A stretch of DNA of 64,000 bases, from NCBI GenBank assembly GCA_963762145.1, contig CAVXJS010000009.1, positions 608,001 through 672,000 on the forward strand, given 5' to 3'. Both the position numbers and the translations under genes were made by a program. The stretch is from an uncultured Candidatus Rokubacteria bacterium (GTDB lineage: Bacteria; Methylomirabilota; Methylomirabilia; Rokubacteriales; CSP1-6). The notes beneath the pieces were generated by a model. It was not told where the DNA came from, did not search any database, and worked only from the letters and a program-made list of their open reading frames with translations. This document shows, in pieces, positions 29,714 through 39,881 of this stretch; position 1 is the stretch's first letter, and every line of letters starts with the position of its first letter.

Positions 29714-30949
29714 ATGGGGCTATCCAGATCGCCGAGCCACGTCGCGGTGCTCGGCGGAGGGCTACAGGGTTGTTGCGTCGCCCTCGCCCTCGCCGAGCGT
29801 GGCGCGCGAGTCACCCTCTACGATCGCAACGATACGCTTCTGACCCAGGCCGCCGTCGCCAACGAGGGACGCATGCACCTCGGCTACATCTACGCCGCGG
29901 ACCAGAGCCTCGCCACCGCGCGCACGATGATCCGAGGCGCCCTCGCGTTCGCGCCGTTCATCGAACGCCACGTCGGGCTGCCGGCGAGCCGGCTCGCGCC
30001 GTCGCCGACCACGACCTACGTCGTCCATCGTGACAGTCAGCGGCCGGTGGAGGAGCTTGCGGATTATCTCGGGGCGGTCCACACGCTGCTGCGGGACGCC
30101 GCGGGCGGCCGTCGGGACGCCTACTTCGGAGTCGAGCTCCGCCCCGCGCCCCGCCGATGGTCGTCGGCCGAGCGCGAGGGCGTGTTCGACGGATCGCTGG
30201 CGCTCGCCGCCTTCGACATCCCGGAGGTCTGCATCGATCCGGTCCTGCTCGCCGCGGCGGTGCGCGAACGCGTTGCCGCGACCCCGGCCATCGAGACGCG
30301 TCTGCTCCGCACCGTGGCCGCCGTGGAGGACACCGGTGCCGCGCTGCGCGTCGTCAGCGATGGCCCCGAGGGGCCCGCGCGCGACGCCTACGACCACGTG
30401 GTCAATGCGCTGTGGGACGGCCGGCTCGCCGTCGACGGTACGCTCGGCCTCCGCCCGGCGCGGCCGTGGATACACCGCTTCAAGTACGGCATCCGCTTCC
30501 GTCCACCCCCCGGCGCGCCCCCGTTGCCGACGGTCGCGATCACACTGGGGCCGTTCGGCGACCTGGTCGTGTACGGCCAGGGTATGGCCTATCTGAACTG
30601 GTATCCGACCTGCCTCGACACGATCTCGCACGAGATCAAGCCGCCCGATCGGTCCCCGATCCCGGCGCCGCGTCGCGCCCAGGTCGTGGCCGAAACGCTG
30701 CGGGCGATGGCGGAGATCGTCGTTCCACTGCGCAACCTCGACGCCGGAAGCCTACCGGACTGCTCGGTGCTGGGCGGCACGATCGTGGCCTGGGGCCGCA
30801 CCGACATCGACGATCCGGCGAGCGAGCTCCACCGGCGGTACGAGATCGGCGTCACCTCGACCGGCCGCTATCATTCGGTCGACCCGGGCAAGCTGACGAT
30901 GACCCCCTACTTCGCCGGCGTCTGCGCCGACCGGATCGTGCCGCCATGA
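29714..30949 (+). CDS. FAD-dependent oxidoreductase
   Basis: VAVLGGGLQG...D, NEGRMHLG, GKLT. Confidence 0.8.
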   Translation: MGLSRSPSHVAVLGGGLQGCCVALALAERGARVTLYDRNDTLLTQAAVANEGRMHLGYIYAADQSLATARTMIRGALAFAPFIERHVGLPASRLAPSPTTTYVVHRDSQRPVEELADYLGAVHTLLRDAAGGRRDAYFGVELRPAPRRWSSAEREGVFDGSLALAAFDIPEVCIDPVLLAAAVRERVAATPAIETRLLRTVAAVEDTGAALRVVSDGPEGPARDAYDHVVNALWDGRLAVDGTLGLRPARPWIHRFKYGIRFRPPPGAPPLPTVAITLGPFGDLVVYGQGMAYLNWYPTCLDTISHEIKPPDRSPIPAPRRAQVVAETLRAMAEIVVPLRNLDAGSLPDCSVLGGTIVAWGRTDIDDPASELHRRYEIGVTSTGRYHSVDPGKLTMTPYFAGVCADRIVPP

Positions 30950-31965
30950 CACCGCGCACGCCCAGGGTAGCCGTCGCGGTTCCGGTCTGGCGTGGTGCCG
31001 ACTACGTGGCCGAGACGCTCGAGTCGGTGCTGCGGCAACGCGGTCCGGGGCTCACCGTCATCGTGTCCATCGACGGCCGCGACGAGACGTCGGAGGCGGC
31101 CTGCCGACCCTTCCTTGCCGACCCGCGCGTGCGAATGCTCGTGCAGCCGCGGCGCCTGGGGTGGGTCGGGAATTCGTCGGCGGCCCTGGCCTCGGCGGCG
31201 GCCGAGCCCGTCGACTACGCTTGCCTGCAGCCGCACGACGACGTGCTGGACGACGACTACCTCGCCGCCCTCCTGGGCGCCGCGGAGGCCAATCCCGGTG
31301 CGGCGGTCGTCTACTCGGACATCCAGGCGTTCGGTACGCTGGACCGGGTGATCCGGCAGCCGACGATCGCCGGATCGCCATTCGAGCGGCAGATGGGACT
31401 GCTGCGCGACCACTTCGACGCCGTCGCCTTTCGCGGGCTCACGCGCGTCTCGGCACTGCGCTCCATCCTCCCGATGACGGGCAATCCGTGCGAGAACTTC
31501 GCCGCCGACACGGTCTGGATGGCGCGGCAGGCACTCGTCGGGGACCTCGTGCGCGTACCGTACGCGCTCTATCGCAAACGCTTTCACCCCAACAATACGC
31601 ACACGAAATGGTTCGCCTGGCCCCATGAACGCAAGATGACCGCCTGGATCCGGCATTGCCTCGACATGCTCGCCGAGGCATTGAAGGCGAGCCGCACCCA
31701 GTCGGAACGCCGGATGCTCCACCGAGCCGCGCGCACGCGGCTCCTCCAGGCGGCGACCTCGACGGGCCCCTACCTCGGGGACCTGGCCGGCCTGAATCGG
31801 TTGGCGCGGGCACGCCTGCGCTCGCGATTCGAGGCCGCGGCCGCCCGCCGGACGGACGTGGGACCGCCCGGCCCGGGAGGCCGGTTTCGCGTCGGGTCCC
31901 GGGCGGTGAGCGCGCTCACACACATCCTGGCCGGGAGAACCCTGCAAGATCTCGTCGATAGCTGA
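30946..31965 (+). CDS. Glycosyltransferase family 2
   Basis: VAVAVPVW, ETLESVLRQ, HDD; ATGA overlap with the upstream gene. Confidence 0.85.
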   Translation: MTPRTPRVAVAVPVWRGADYVAETLESVLRQRGPGLTVIVSIDGRDETSEAACRPFLADPRVRMLVQPRRLGWVGNSSAALASAAAEPVDYACLQPHDDVLDDDYLAALLGAAEANPGAAVVYSDIQAFGTLDRVIRQPTIAGSPFERQMGLLRDHFDAVAFRGLTRVSALRSILPMTGNPCENFAADTVWMARQALVGDLVRVPYALYRKRFHPNNTHTKWFAWPHERKMTAWIRHCLDMLAEALKASRTQSERRMLHRAARTRLLQAATSTGPYLGDLAGLNRLARARLRSRFEAAAARRTDVGPPGPGGRFRVGSRAVSALTHILAGRTLQDLVDS

Positions 31966-32093
31966 GGACTCCCCGGGCGGGCGGCCTGCCGTCATGGTAT
32001 TCTTCCCTTGCCTACCATCGGGTTGCCTGGCTGACGCGAGGCGAAGCGCCCCACCCCCTGGAGACAGATTTGATCCCACGTGGAGGCTCCTCT

Positions 32094-32276
32094 ATGGCAC
32101 TCAGCCCGAGAATGCTGGCCGTCATCCAGAAGATCGAAGCAGCCGACGTGGAGCATTTCGCCCGTCTCCGCAAGAGCGCGGAGCTAGACAAGCAGGCCAA
32201 GGCAAAAGCGAAGACGCGAGCCGCCATCCGTTCGGCCGAGGCCCGCACGGTCGCCAAGACCCGGAAGGCGTCGTAG
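32094..32276 (+). CDS. Small basic hypothetical protein
   Basis: GGAGG RBS; Lys/Ala/Arg-rich, 60 aa. Confidence 0.55.
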   Translation: MALSPRMLAVIQKIEAADVEHFARLRKSAELDKQAKAKAKTRAAIRSAEARTVAKTRKAS

Positions 32277-32369
32277 GGGGGCAACCCGACCTACTGGCAC
32301 GCAGCGAGGCGAGCAGGGTGCGGCCATTGTCGGACCCGACCCCTGACGGCTGACCATGGAGGAAAGCTG

Positions 32370-32951
32370 ATGGACAAGGACATCTTCAAGGAACGCGAGC
32401 GCTCGCTCGAGGAAGAGTACTTCCGCACGCACGACGCCAAGCTCATCGAGAAGCTGCGCGAGCGCGGCAAGGTCGAGGAGATCGCCGAGGCGCTGGCGGT
32501 GAAGCTGCAGATTGACGACCCGGCGCTTCTGAGCCGGATCATGGCGCTCGGGGTGACCCTCGACACGGGCCCCGCCTTCTTGCTGGCGCCGCTCGTGCAG
32601 GTTGCCTGGGCCGAGGGCGACGTGACCGATCGGGAGCGCGAGAAGGTCCTGCGCATCGCGACCGAACGGGGCATCGACCCGTCGTCGCCCGCCCACGCCC
32701 AGCTCCAGGCGTGGCTGCGAAAGCGCCCGGCGGACGCGATCTTCGCCACGGCCGTCGAGGCCATCAAGACCGGGCTCTCCGTCCTCACGCCCGCGGAACG
32801 CGCTGACCGCATCAAGCGGATCGTCGACGCCTGCCGCGAGGTGGCGTCGGCATCGGGTGGCCTCGGGCGCCTGCTCGGCCTGGGCACGGGCGTCTCGAGC
32901 GAGGAGGAGTCGATCCTCGACGCCATGGCGGCCACGCTCCGAAGCCGCTGA
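32370..32951 (+). CDS. Hypothetical protein, TerB-like
   Basis: LEEEYF, VAWAEGDVTDRERE, VASASGG; GGAGG RBS. Confidence 0.7.
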   Translation: MDKDIFKERERSLEEEYFRTHDAKLIEKLRERGKVEEIAEALAVKLQIDDPALLSRIMALGVTLDTGPAFLLAPLVQVAWAEGDVTDREREKVLRIATERGIDPSSPAHAQLQAWLRKRPADAIFATAVEAIKTGLSVLTPAERADRIKRIVDACREVASASGGLGRLLGLGTGVSSEEESILDAMAATLRSR

Positions 32952-32986
32952 CCGCGCCCCGGTCGTCCGGGCGTGCGGGCATGGCG

Positions 32987-35923
32987 TTACCTCCTCGGTG
33001 CGCAGGATCGGGGACGCGGAGGCCGAGCCGTACTCTCTGCGAGTAGGTCGCGGGCGTCCCGGAGGTCGGGCATGTCGAAGCCTTCCGTGAACCACGAGAA
33101 GACCGACGAGACGATCTCGTGCGCGTGCGCCCGCCGACCGTGTGCCTGCCACAGGCGACCGAGACTCGTCGCGGCCCGGAGCTCCCACCACCGCGCCTCC
33201 TGCTGGCGGGCGATCGTGAGCGCGCGCTGAAAGCAGACCTCGGCCTCCGTCTGCCGGTCGGGCGAGCACCGGAGCAGTAGCTCCCCGCGCAACCGGTGCA
33301 GCTCGGCCTCGTACATCCGCTCGCCGTTCGTCTCGACGAGCGCGAAGGCCTCGTCCAGGATGCCGAGCCCTTCGTCGGCTCTCTCCCGGCTCCCGCAGGT
33401 GGTCGCCAGGAGGCCGAGCTGCCACGTACGCGTCAGCTTGGCCCCCATGGCGAGGAAGCCATCCAGCCCCTCGCGGATCCGGAGAATGGCCTCGTCCGGC
33501 CGCCCCTCCCGTGACTTCAGCCAGCCCTGGAGGATCGGCCCGTGGGTCAGCCAGTAGGAGAAGCCCTTCTCGGTGGCCAGCGCCATCGCCGCCTCGATCC
33601 GCTCCCGCACCGCGTCTGGTTCGCGTCGGAAGTAGTGGAAGATCGCGCACATGACCAGCGCCCTGGCCCGCGTGAGCGGGTGGGAGACGGCCTCGGAGAG
33701 GACGAGCATGTCGTCGCTCTTCCGCAGTGACTGCTCGGGGTAACCGAGCAGCAGCAGGGACCAGGCCGCGTACGACAAGCAGTTCGTGCCGGGGTCCTGC
33801 CCGTACACCAGCGCGTGCGAGCCATGCTCGCGCACGTCGTAGATGCCGATGCCCTGCGCCGCACTGTCGCGCGCCGTGGCGAGTTCGCCGAGATAGAACG
33901 AGACCATCGCTTCCGACGTGCGCGCCTCGAGCAGCAGCGCCGGGTCACCGGCGTCCCTGGCCATCCGCAGCAGCTCCGCGGTCAACTCGCGCGTCGTCGT
34001 CAGCGCGCCCTGGGTGAAGTAGAAGCGCCACAGCCCCACCAGTACCGAGAACAGCAGCGACGTTTCCCCGGCTTGCTGGCACAGCTCGCGCGCCCGACCG
34101 TAGGCGGCGACGACCTCGGGCGCGGCATAGCCCTTGGTCGCCATCAGCGTCACGCCGAGCGTGTGCTGGAGCGCGAGCTCCAGACGGACTCGCTCGAGGC
34201 CGTCGGGCAGCGAGGCGAGCTGCGCGAGTCCTTGCTCCAGGTGAGCGACGGCCTCGCGGTGCGCACCCCGTCGGAGCGCGTTTTCGCCCGCGTGGTGGTG
34301 ATACTGCGCGGCGCGCCGGGCATCGTGGCCGCGCGCGAAGTGCATGGCGAGCTCGGCGGCGCTCTCTCGCGCCCGCGGCCCCAGGCCGGTCTCCAGGCGG
34401 TCGCCGATCCGCTGGTGTATCCGGGCGCGGCGTCCCGGCGGCACGCGCTCGTAGAGCACCTGCTGGTGGAGCGCGTGCCGAAAACCGTAGCGGGTGGCCA
34501 GCGTGCCATCGGGCCACTCCACCGTGCCGCGCGGCTGCAAGAACAGGTGCTCACGGACGAGGGCGCCCCATCGCTCCTCGACGGCGTCGACGTCACGGCC
34601 GCAGGCGGCCGCGACGGTGGCCGCCGACCATTCGACGCCGGCCACGCTCGCGGCTTCGAGAAGCGCGTAGTCCTCGGGCGCGAGACGGGTGAGCTGGGTC
34701 TCGATCAGCTGGCGCAGGCTTTCCGGAACCCTCGCGGTCCACGCCTCGATTCCCTCTCCCAATCCCTCTCGCGCGATGTCGTCCGCCAGGCTGACCATGA
34801 AGAGCGGGTGGCCGTTGGTGCGCCGGTAGATGAGCGGCGCCAGCTCCCCGGGGAGGGATGTGCCGGCGAACCGTCGAGCCAGATAGAGGGCCACCGCGTC
34901 CGGCGGCAGATCGGGCAGCCCCAGGACGTGACAGCGATCGTGCTGCTGAAGCTCCTGGGTGATCGCGGGCAACGGATGCCGACGGGCGAGCGTTCCCACC
35001 GGTCGATGCGTCGCCAGCACGAGCAGGCGTGCCCGATCTCGCTGGCGCGCGACATACGCGAGCCACTCGAGGGTCGAGGCATCGCTCCAGTGGAGATCCT
35101 CCAGCACCAGGACCAGCGGCCGCTCGGCAGTCAGACGCTCCATCGCTTCCGCGAGCTCGCGCAGCATCCGCGCCCGCGTCACCCCGCTGGCCTGGCGCTG
35201 GAGCGCCTCGCGCTCGGCCTGAGGCAGCAGCGCCGGCATCTGCGCCAGCCAGCTCGGCGCGTGTTGCCGCAGCAGCGCGATCAGCCCGGCACCCTCCGGA
35301 TCGCGGCAGAGGCGCCCCAGAGCTTCCAGGAGCGGGAGGAAGGCCTCTCCCATCCCATACTGCTCGACACACTGCCCGTGGCCGATCCAGACGGCCCCGT
35401 CCCGGGCGAGGCCGTCTACAAAGGCCTCCACCACCGCCGTCTTGCCGATGCCGATCTCGCCGGCGACGAAGACCACCTGGCGCACGCCCTGCCGTGCCTC
35501 CGTCCACCACTCCTGGAGCTGAGCCAGCTCGCCTTCGCGCGCCACCACCAGGTGACGCGAGTGTCGATCTGACGCCGGAGGGGATGAGTCCGGTCCGGCG
35601 GCCGGGATCGGAGAGAGCGCGGTCACGGGCGCCACGAAGCGATAGCCGTGTCCGCGTCGGGTCTGGATGCACCACTGCCTGCGACCGGTGTCACCCACCG
35701 CCTGGCGCACCGCCTTCACCACGGCCTCGACCGCCGCATCGCTGATGAATTGCCCCGCCCACACCCGCTCGCACAGCTCCTGCTTCGACACGACGCGGTC
35801 GCGATGGGTCAAGAGGTAGTGCAGAACCTGGAACACTTTGGCGCGCAGAAGGGTGGGCCGGTCGACCCGCTGGAGCGCATAGAGGTCGGTGTCGAGCGTG
35901 CAGTCAGCGAAGACGTATCGCAT
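32987..35923 (-). CDS. Winged-helix/AAA ATPase/TPR transcriptional regulator (STAND-like)
   Basis: OmpR-type wHTH (IQTRRGHGYRF), GEIGIGKT, LEDLHWSD, WELRAATSL, FTEGFD. Confidence 0.88.
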   Translation of the reverse strand: MRYVFADCTLDTDLYALQRVDRPTLLRAKVFQVLHYLLTHRDRVVSKQELCERVWAGQFISDAAVEAVVKAVRQAVGDTGRRQWCIQTRRGHGYRFVAPVTALSPIPAAGPDSSPPASDRHSRHLVVAREGELAQLQEWWTEARQGVRQVVFVAGEIGIGKTAVVEAFVDGLARDGAVWIGHGQCVEQYGMGEAFLPLLEALGRLCRDPEGAGLIALLRQHAPSWLAQMPALLPQAEREALQRQASGVTRARMLRELAEAMERLTAERPLVLVLEDLHWSDASTLEWLAYVARQRDRARLLVLATHRPVGTLARRHPLPAITQELQQHDRCHVLGLPDLPPDAVALYLARRFAGTSLPGELAPLIYRRTNGHPLFMVSLADDIAREGLGEGIEAWTARVPESLRQLIETQLTRLAPEDYALLEAASVAGVEWSAATVAAACGRDVDAVEERWGALVREHLFLQPRGTVEWPDGTLATRYGFRHALHQQVLYERVPPGRRARIHQRIGDRLETGLGPRARESAAELAMHFARGHDARRAAQYHHHAGENALRRGAHREAVAHLEQGLAQLASLPDGLERVRLELALQHTLGVTLMATKGYAAPEVVAAYGRARELCQQAGETSLLFSVLVGLWRFYFTQGALTTTRELTAELLRMARDAGDPALLLEARTSEAMVSFYLGELATARDSAAQGIGIYDVREHGSHALVYGQDPGTNCLSYAAWSLLLLGYPEQSLRKSDDMLVLSEAVSHPLTRARALVMCAIFHYFRREPDAVRERIEAAMALATEKGFSYWLTHGPILQGWLKSREGRPDEAILRIREGLDGFLAMGAKLTRTWQLGLLATTCGSRERADEGLGILDEAFALVETNGERMYEAELHRLRGELLLRCSPDRQTEAEVCFQRALTIARQQEARWWELRAATSLGRLWQAHGRRAHAHEIVSSVFSWFTEGFDMPDLRDARDLLAESTARPPRPRSCAPRR

Positions 35924-36104
35924 GGCGCCCCCTCGCATCTTAGCGGGGACAGCCAGGGCTCCGCCAGCGGCCGTCGGAAACATATCAGCCAGATGTCAGC
36001 CTTCCGTCAGGTTGGGGGGCGGTGGCGCGCGTAGCCTCGACGGGGAGGATGCCGAAGGAGGACACGACCATGCGCACCGTCGCCTCCGCTCGAAGGCCGC
36101 TCCC

Positions 36105-36728
36105 ATGAACGACCTCGTGGAGTTGGCTGGGTACGCCGCGTCGCTGCTCGTCTTCTCCGCCTTCTACATGACGGCCATGACCCCGTTGAGGGCCATCGCG
36201 ATCGCGAGCAACGTCGCTTTCATCGCCTACGGGCTCGGGCGCGAGCTCTACCCCGTGCTGCTGCTCCACGCCGTCCTTCTGCCTCTGAACGTCGTCCGCC
36301 TGCTCCAGATGCGCGGGGTCATCGGCCGGGCGCGCGACGGGTGCGGTGGCGATGTCTCCATCGACTGGTTGATCCCGCTGACGACGCGCTACACGTTCAA
36401 GCCGGGTGACGTCCTGTTCCGGATGGGCGAGCCGGCGCGCGCGATGTTCGTGATCCTGTCGGGATCGGTTCGGGTGACCGAGATCGGGGTTCTCCTCGGG
36501 CCGGGCGCCCTCATCGGAGAGATCGGGGTGTTCGCCCCCGGGCATCGTCGCACGGGCACCGCGGTCTGCGAGACCGACGCGGAGATCGGGTCCATCAGCG
36601 ACGACCGGGTGCTCCAGCTCTATGCCAAGGACCCCACGTTCGGCCTCTACCTCATGCGGCTCGTCGTCCAGCGCATGCTGGTTGGCGAGCGCCGCCGGTC
36701 AGCGAGCGACCGCGTGAGCGAGCCGTAG
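36105..36728 (+). CDS. Membrane protein with cyclic nucleotide-binding domain
   Basis: TM segments (LRAIAIASN..FIAYG), LFRMGE, IGEIG, RTGTA. Confidence 0.85.
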   Translation: MNDLVELAGYAASLLVFSAFYMTAMTPLRAIAIASNVAFIAYGLGRELYPVLLLHAVLLPLNVVRLLQMRGVIGRARDGCGGDVSIDWLIPLTTRYTFKPGDVLFRMGEPARAMFVILSGSVRVTEIGVLLGPGALIGEIGVFAPGHRRTGTAVCETDAEIGSISDDRVLQLYAKDPTFGLYLMRLVVQRMLVGERRRSASDRVSEP

Positions 36729-36875
36729 GGCAGCGGTGAGTCCGGCCGGCGAACCTGCCCGCGATCACACCGGGCCTCTGATATCTTCGCCGAGCACGCG
36801 GATGTAGCCCGGGATACCCCAGCAACCGACGAGGAGACTCGCGTCGAGAGGAGCGGTGGAAGTGCTGAAGAAGAC

Positions 36876-36950
36876 TGGAGCCGGGGGCGGGAGTTGAACC
36901 CGCGACCTACTGATTACGAATCAGTTGCTCTGCCACTGAGCTACCCCGGC
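36876..36950 (-). tRNA. tRNA-Thr(CGT)
   Basis: GCCGGGG TA GCTC AGTGGCA GAGC A ACTGA TTCGTAA TCAGT AGGTC GCGGG TTCAACT CCCGC CCCCGGC TCCA: complete cloverleaf with encoded CCA. Confidence 0.97.
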
Positions 36951-37482
36951 GTTCGTCCGTAGACTTTACCACTTCCGACGCATTCTGTCCCGACTGCCCC
37001 ACCCTGGTTCCAGCATTTGCTTCCACGCCAACCGACCGCTCGGTCTTCGCCATCTCCCCGCGGAGGTGCTCCGGGCTCATGTGCGCGTACCGCATCGTCA
37101 TCGCCAGCGAGGCATGGCCCAAGATCTTCTGCAGGGCGGGCACGGATCCACCGCGGATCATGAACCAGCTGGCGAAGTGGTGGCGGCAGTCATGGAACCG
37201 GAACGGGGCGGCCAGCCTCGCGGCCTCCACGGCGGCCTCGAAGCCAGCGCGGGTACTCCCCTCCGGCCAGAGGCGGCCCTCGCACGCGCCCGGGCGGCTG
37301 ACCAGCAGATCGTAGACGCGCTGGCGCATCGGGACCTCTCGGCGCCGGCCGGACTTCGTGATCTCGAGCCGGAGCACCCCCCGCGAGAGGTCCACCCGAT
37401 CCCAGGTCAGCCCCTCAGCCTCGCTGCGCCGCATGCCGGTCTCGAGCGCCACCGACACAAGGTCGGCTAGATGCGGTAACAC
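36907..37482 (-). pseudogene. Tyrosine integrase catalytic domain, N-terminus missing
   Basis: ALETGMRRSE, TKSG, FHDCRH, LGHASLAMTMRYAH; frame reads into the tRNA. Confidence 0.88.
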
Positions 37483-37811
37483 CGATGCCCTGCCGTCGGA
37501 GCCCTGGCCGCTATGTCGGCGGCCAGCAATTGCCTGCCTTGCGCCTCCTTGCGGAAGTTTCTAGGCCATCTGCCGACGCCTTCGTGAGCCGCCTCAAAAG
37601 AGCATAGGCGATGTTGCACAAGGGAGACCTGGGATGAGTCGAGGGGACATTGGACTAGGTGATGAACAGCCGCTCTTCACTGTTGCCGGACGCCATCTGC
37701 GCCGAGCAGCTCAGCACGTGACGCGGAACGAGGTAGTGAACCTGCTGCCTCCGTGTCTCGAGGACACCTTCCGTCATCCGAGTACACTCTTCGAGCGCCC
37801 GCGCGCCGCTA

Positions 37812-38315
37812 ATGTCCTCGCCGGCCAGTCGCCGCGCCGCAGTAGAGTTTACGGATGACCGGGCCTTCGACGTCCTGCTATTCGGGCTTACGCCGGCGGC
37901 GGAAGCACTCTTCCTTCCTACCCGGGCCCTCCGTCTCGCTCGTCTGCCATTTCGCGTTGGGCGCATCCCCGTCGCTGGGGAAGCCCAGCCTCTCGAAGAG
38001 AACCACCTCCAGCTCTCGGATACTAAGCCCTTCCACGTTTCGCGGAACCATTTCGCCATCGAGCGCGGGCCCGACGGCATTCAAGTACGCGACCGTGGCA
38101 GTTACGTCGGCACCATCGTGAACAGCCTAAAAGTCGGCGGTGATCGGCTCGTCGGCACCGTCCCACTTGCTGTCGGAGAGAATGAGGTCGTCGTCGGCAG
38201 CCCGAAGTCGCCCTTCCGGTTTCGCGTGGTCGTGGCGCTGCGGCGGCCCGACTCCTATCCCGATCATGAACACGATTCCGCCGCGCGCGCCACACTATGC
38301 CCCAGCCGCTTCTGA
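37812..38315 (+). CDS. FHA domain protein, probably a truncated or frameshifted larger gene starting ~37634
   Basis: FRVGR, VSRNHF, DRGSYVGTIVN. Confidence 0.75.
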   Translation: MSSPASRRAAVEFTDDRAFDVLLFGLTPAAEALFLPTRALRLARLPFRVGRIPVAGEAQPLEENHLQLSDTKPFHVSRNHFAIERGPDGIQVRDRGSYVGTIVNSLKVGGDRLVGTVPLAVGENEVVVGSPKSPFRFRVVVALRRPDSYPDHEHDSAARATLCPSRF

Positions 38316-38431
38316 TTAGCCGAACTCAGGTCGCTGAGCTGTTTTTCTCGGTAAACGCCGCCCGTGTAAATCGGCTTTCTTCCTGGCTCTAAAGAGACCC
38401 CTCGGGTGTCGCTGACAAGGGAGGACGAATC

Positions 38432-38698
38432 ATGACCGACGGAACCGGATGCAGGGCCTCACGACGAGCGGTGCTGTGGACGGGCGTGGCCGCGCTGGCG
38501 GCCACCCTCATCCCGGCGCGAGCCGGCGCGCAGCCGAAGATCGCCCCGAAGCTGGTGCAGTATCAGGAGAAGCCGAAAGGGCCGCAGGAATGCGACAACT
38601 GTCTGCACTTCGTGGCCCCGAGCAGCTGCAAGATGGTGGAGGGCAAGATCAACCCCAAGGGCTGGTGCCAGCTCTACGCTCTGAAGCCGAAGGCCTAG
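38432..38698 (+). CDS. High-potential iron-sulfur protein (HiPIP)
   Basis: Tat signal SRRAVL, YQ, CDNC-x8-C, GWC. Confidence 0.88.
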   Translation: MTDGTGCRASRRAVLWTGVAALAATLIPARAGAQPKIAPKLVQYQEKPKGPQECDNCLHFVAPSSCKMVEGKINPKGWCQLYALKPKA

Positions 38699-38711
38699 AG
38701 AACGGTCGCCT

Positions 38712-39881
38712 TCACTCGCCGTACCCGACCAGCTCGACGTAGCCGCGCCCGGTGACGGCCCGGCCGGCGGCGGCGCCGTCGACGCGCACCGCGCCCTCCC
38801 AGTAGCGCGTGCCCACGATCAGCTCCTGGTCGGCCAGCCGCGGGGTGATCTCGACGTGGAGGCCCGCCCCGGGGATGACCAGGCGCCAGCGGCCCGGGTA
38901 GCGCACGCCGCTCCGCGGGCTGGTCCAGTGATCGAGCGCGTCGAGCGCGAAGTCGCCCGGAGCGAGCGGCCGCGTGGCGCCGTCGGCCGCGATGAGCGCG
39001 CCGGCGCTGTGCGCGTCGGCCGTCCCGTCGCGCCGCCTCAGGCGGTAGACCATGACCTCGCGGCCGTCGTCGAGCTGGAGCGCGACCCAGTCCCATCCGG
39101 CCAGGTCCGGGCCGAGCGCGCTGGTGCTCCACTCGCGGTCCATCCACGCCAGACCGGACACCGAGAGCGGCTCGCCCCCCGCGCGCACGGTGCCGCGGGC
39201 GCTCATCCGCGTCAGCGAGTAGTAGTAGGAGGCGTTGCCGGGCTCGGGACCCTTCCGGCTGAGGCCGCGGTCGCCCTGGAGGACCACCGGCTTGTCGCTC
39301 GCGAGGACCAGGTCGATGGCGACGTCCCCCTCGGCGGCCCGCAGCCGCATCGGCAGGCCGTCGGCGCCCTGGCCCTCCGCGGACCAGTCCTCGAGCCAGA
39401 CCCGGAAAGGGGTCGCCCGCGCCCCGGCCAGGCCGAGCGCCGCGCGCGCGAGCCGGCTCCACGCGTGGAAGCGCCGGCCGGCCGTGTCAGTGAGCGCGAA
39501 GTGCGCGAGGTACAGCTGGCGCGCCGACCATGAGGACACCCGCGAGGTGGACACCGCGGGGGGCGCCAGCGCGGTGCGGAAGAACGTGAGCTGGAATCCG
39601 AAGTGACGCCCGGTCGCGGTCTCCAGGTTCCCGGTGTAATACCACCATTCGGTGCGGAACTCGGGGTGCGGCCCGAGGTCGGCGGGGAACGAGAACGGCC
39701 GTGGCGCCGCCACGCGCGCGAACCCGGTCAGGTCGCCCGCGCCCAGCGCCGCGCTCACCGCCAGGCTCGCCTGGACGCCGCCCCGCCCCGCGCCGGCGGG
39801 CCACCGGGCGAAGGCGATCAGCGCGCCGACCAGGAGCACGCCCACCGCCAGGCCGGCCGCCGCGCGGGCGCGCCTACTCAT
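38712..39881 (-). CDS. AttH/CrtC-like lipocalin-fold protein
   Basis: [43 protein letters not shown]. Confidence 0.88.
   Translation of the reverse strand: MSRRARAAAGLAVGVLLVGALIAFARWPAGAGRGGVQASLAVSAALGAGDLTGFARVAAPRPFSFPADLGPHPEFRTEWWYYTGNLETATGRHFGFQLTFFRTALAPPAVSTSRVSSWSARQLYLAHFALTDTAGRRFHAWSRLARAALGLAGARATPFRVWLEDWSAEGQGADGLPMRLRAAEGDVAIDLVLASDKPVVLQGDRGLSRKGPEPGNASYYYSLTRMSARGTVRAGGEPLSVSGLAWMDREWSTSALGPDLAGWDWVALQLDDGREVMVYRLRRRDGTADAHSAGALIAADGATRPLAPGDFALDALDHWTSPRSGVRYPGRWRLVIPGAGLHVEITPRLADQELIVGTRYWEGAVRVDGAAAGRAVTGRGYVELVGYGE

Noticed and set aside
32987-35923. STAND ATPase as an anti-phage (Avs-like) system
   Set aside because: The wHTH-AAA-TPR architecture is a common regulator type, and it has no nuclease or other effector domain.
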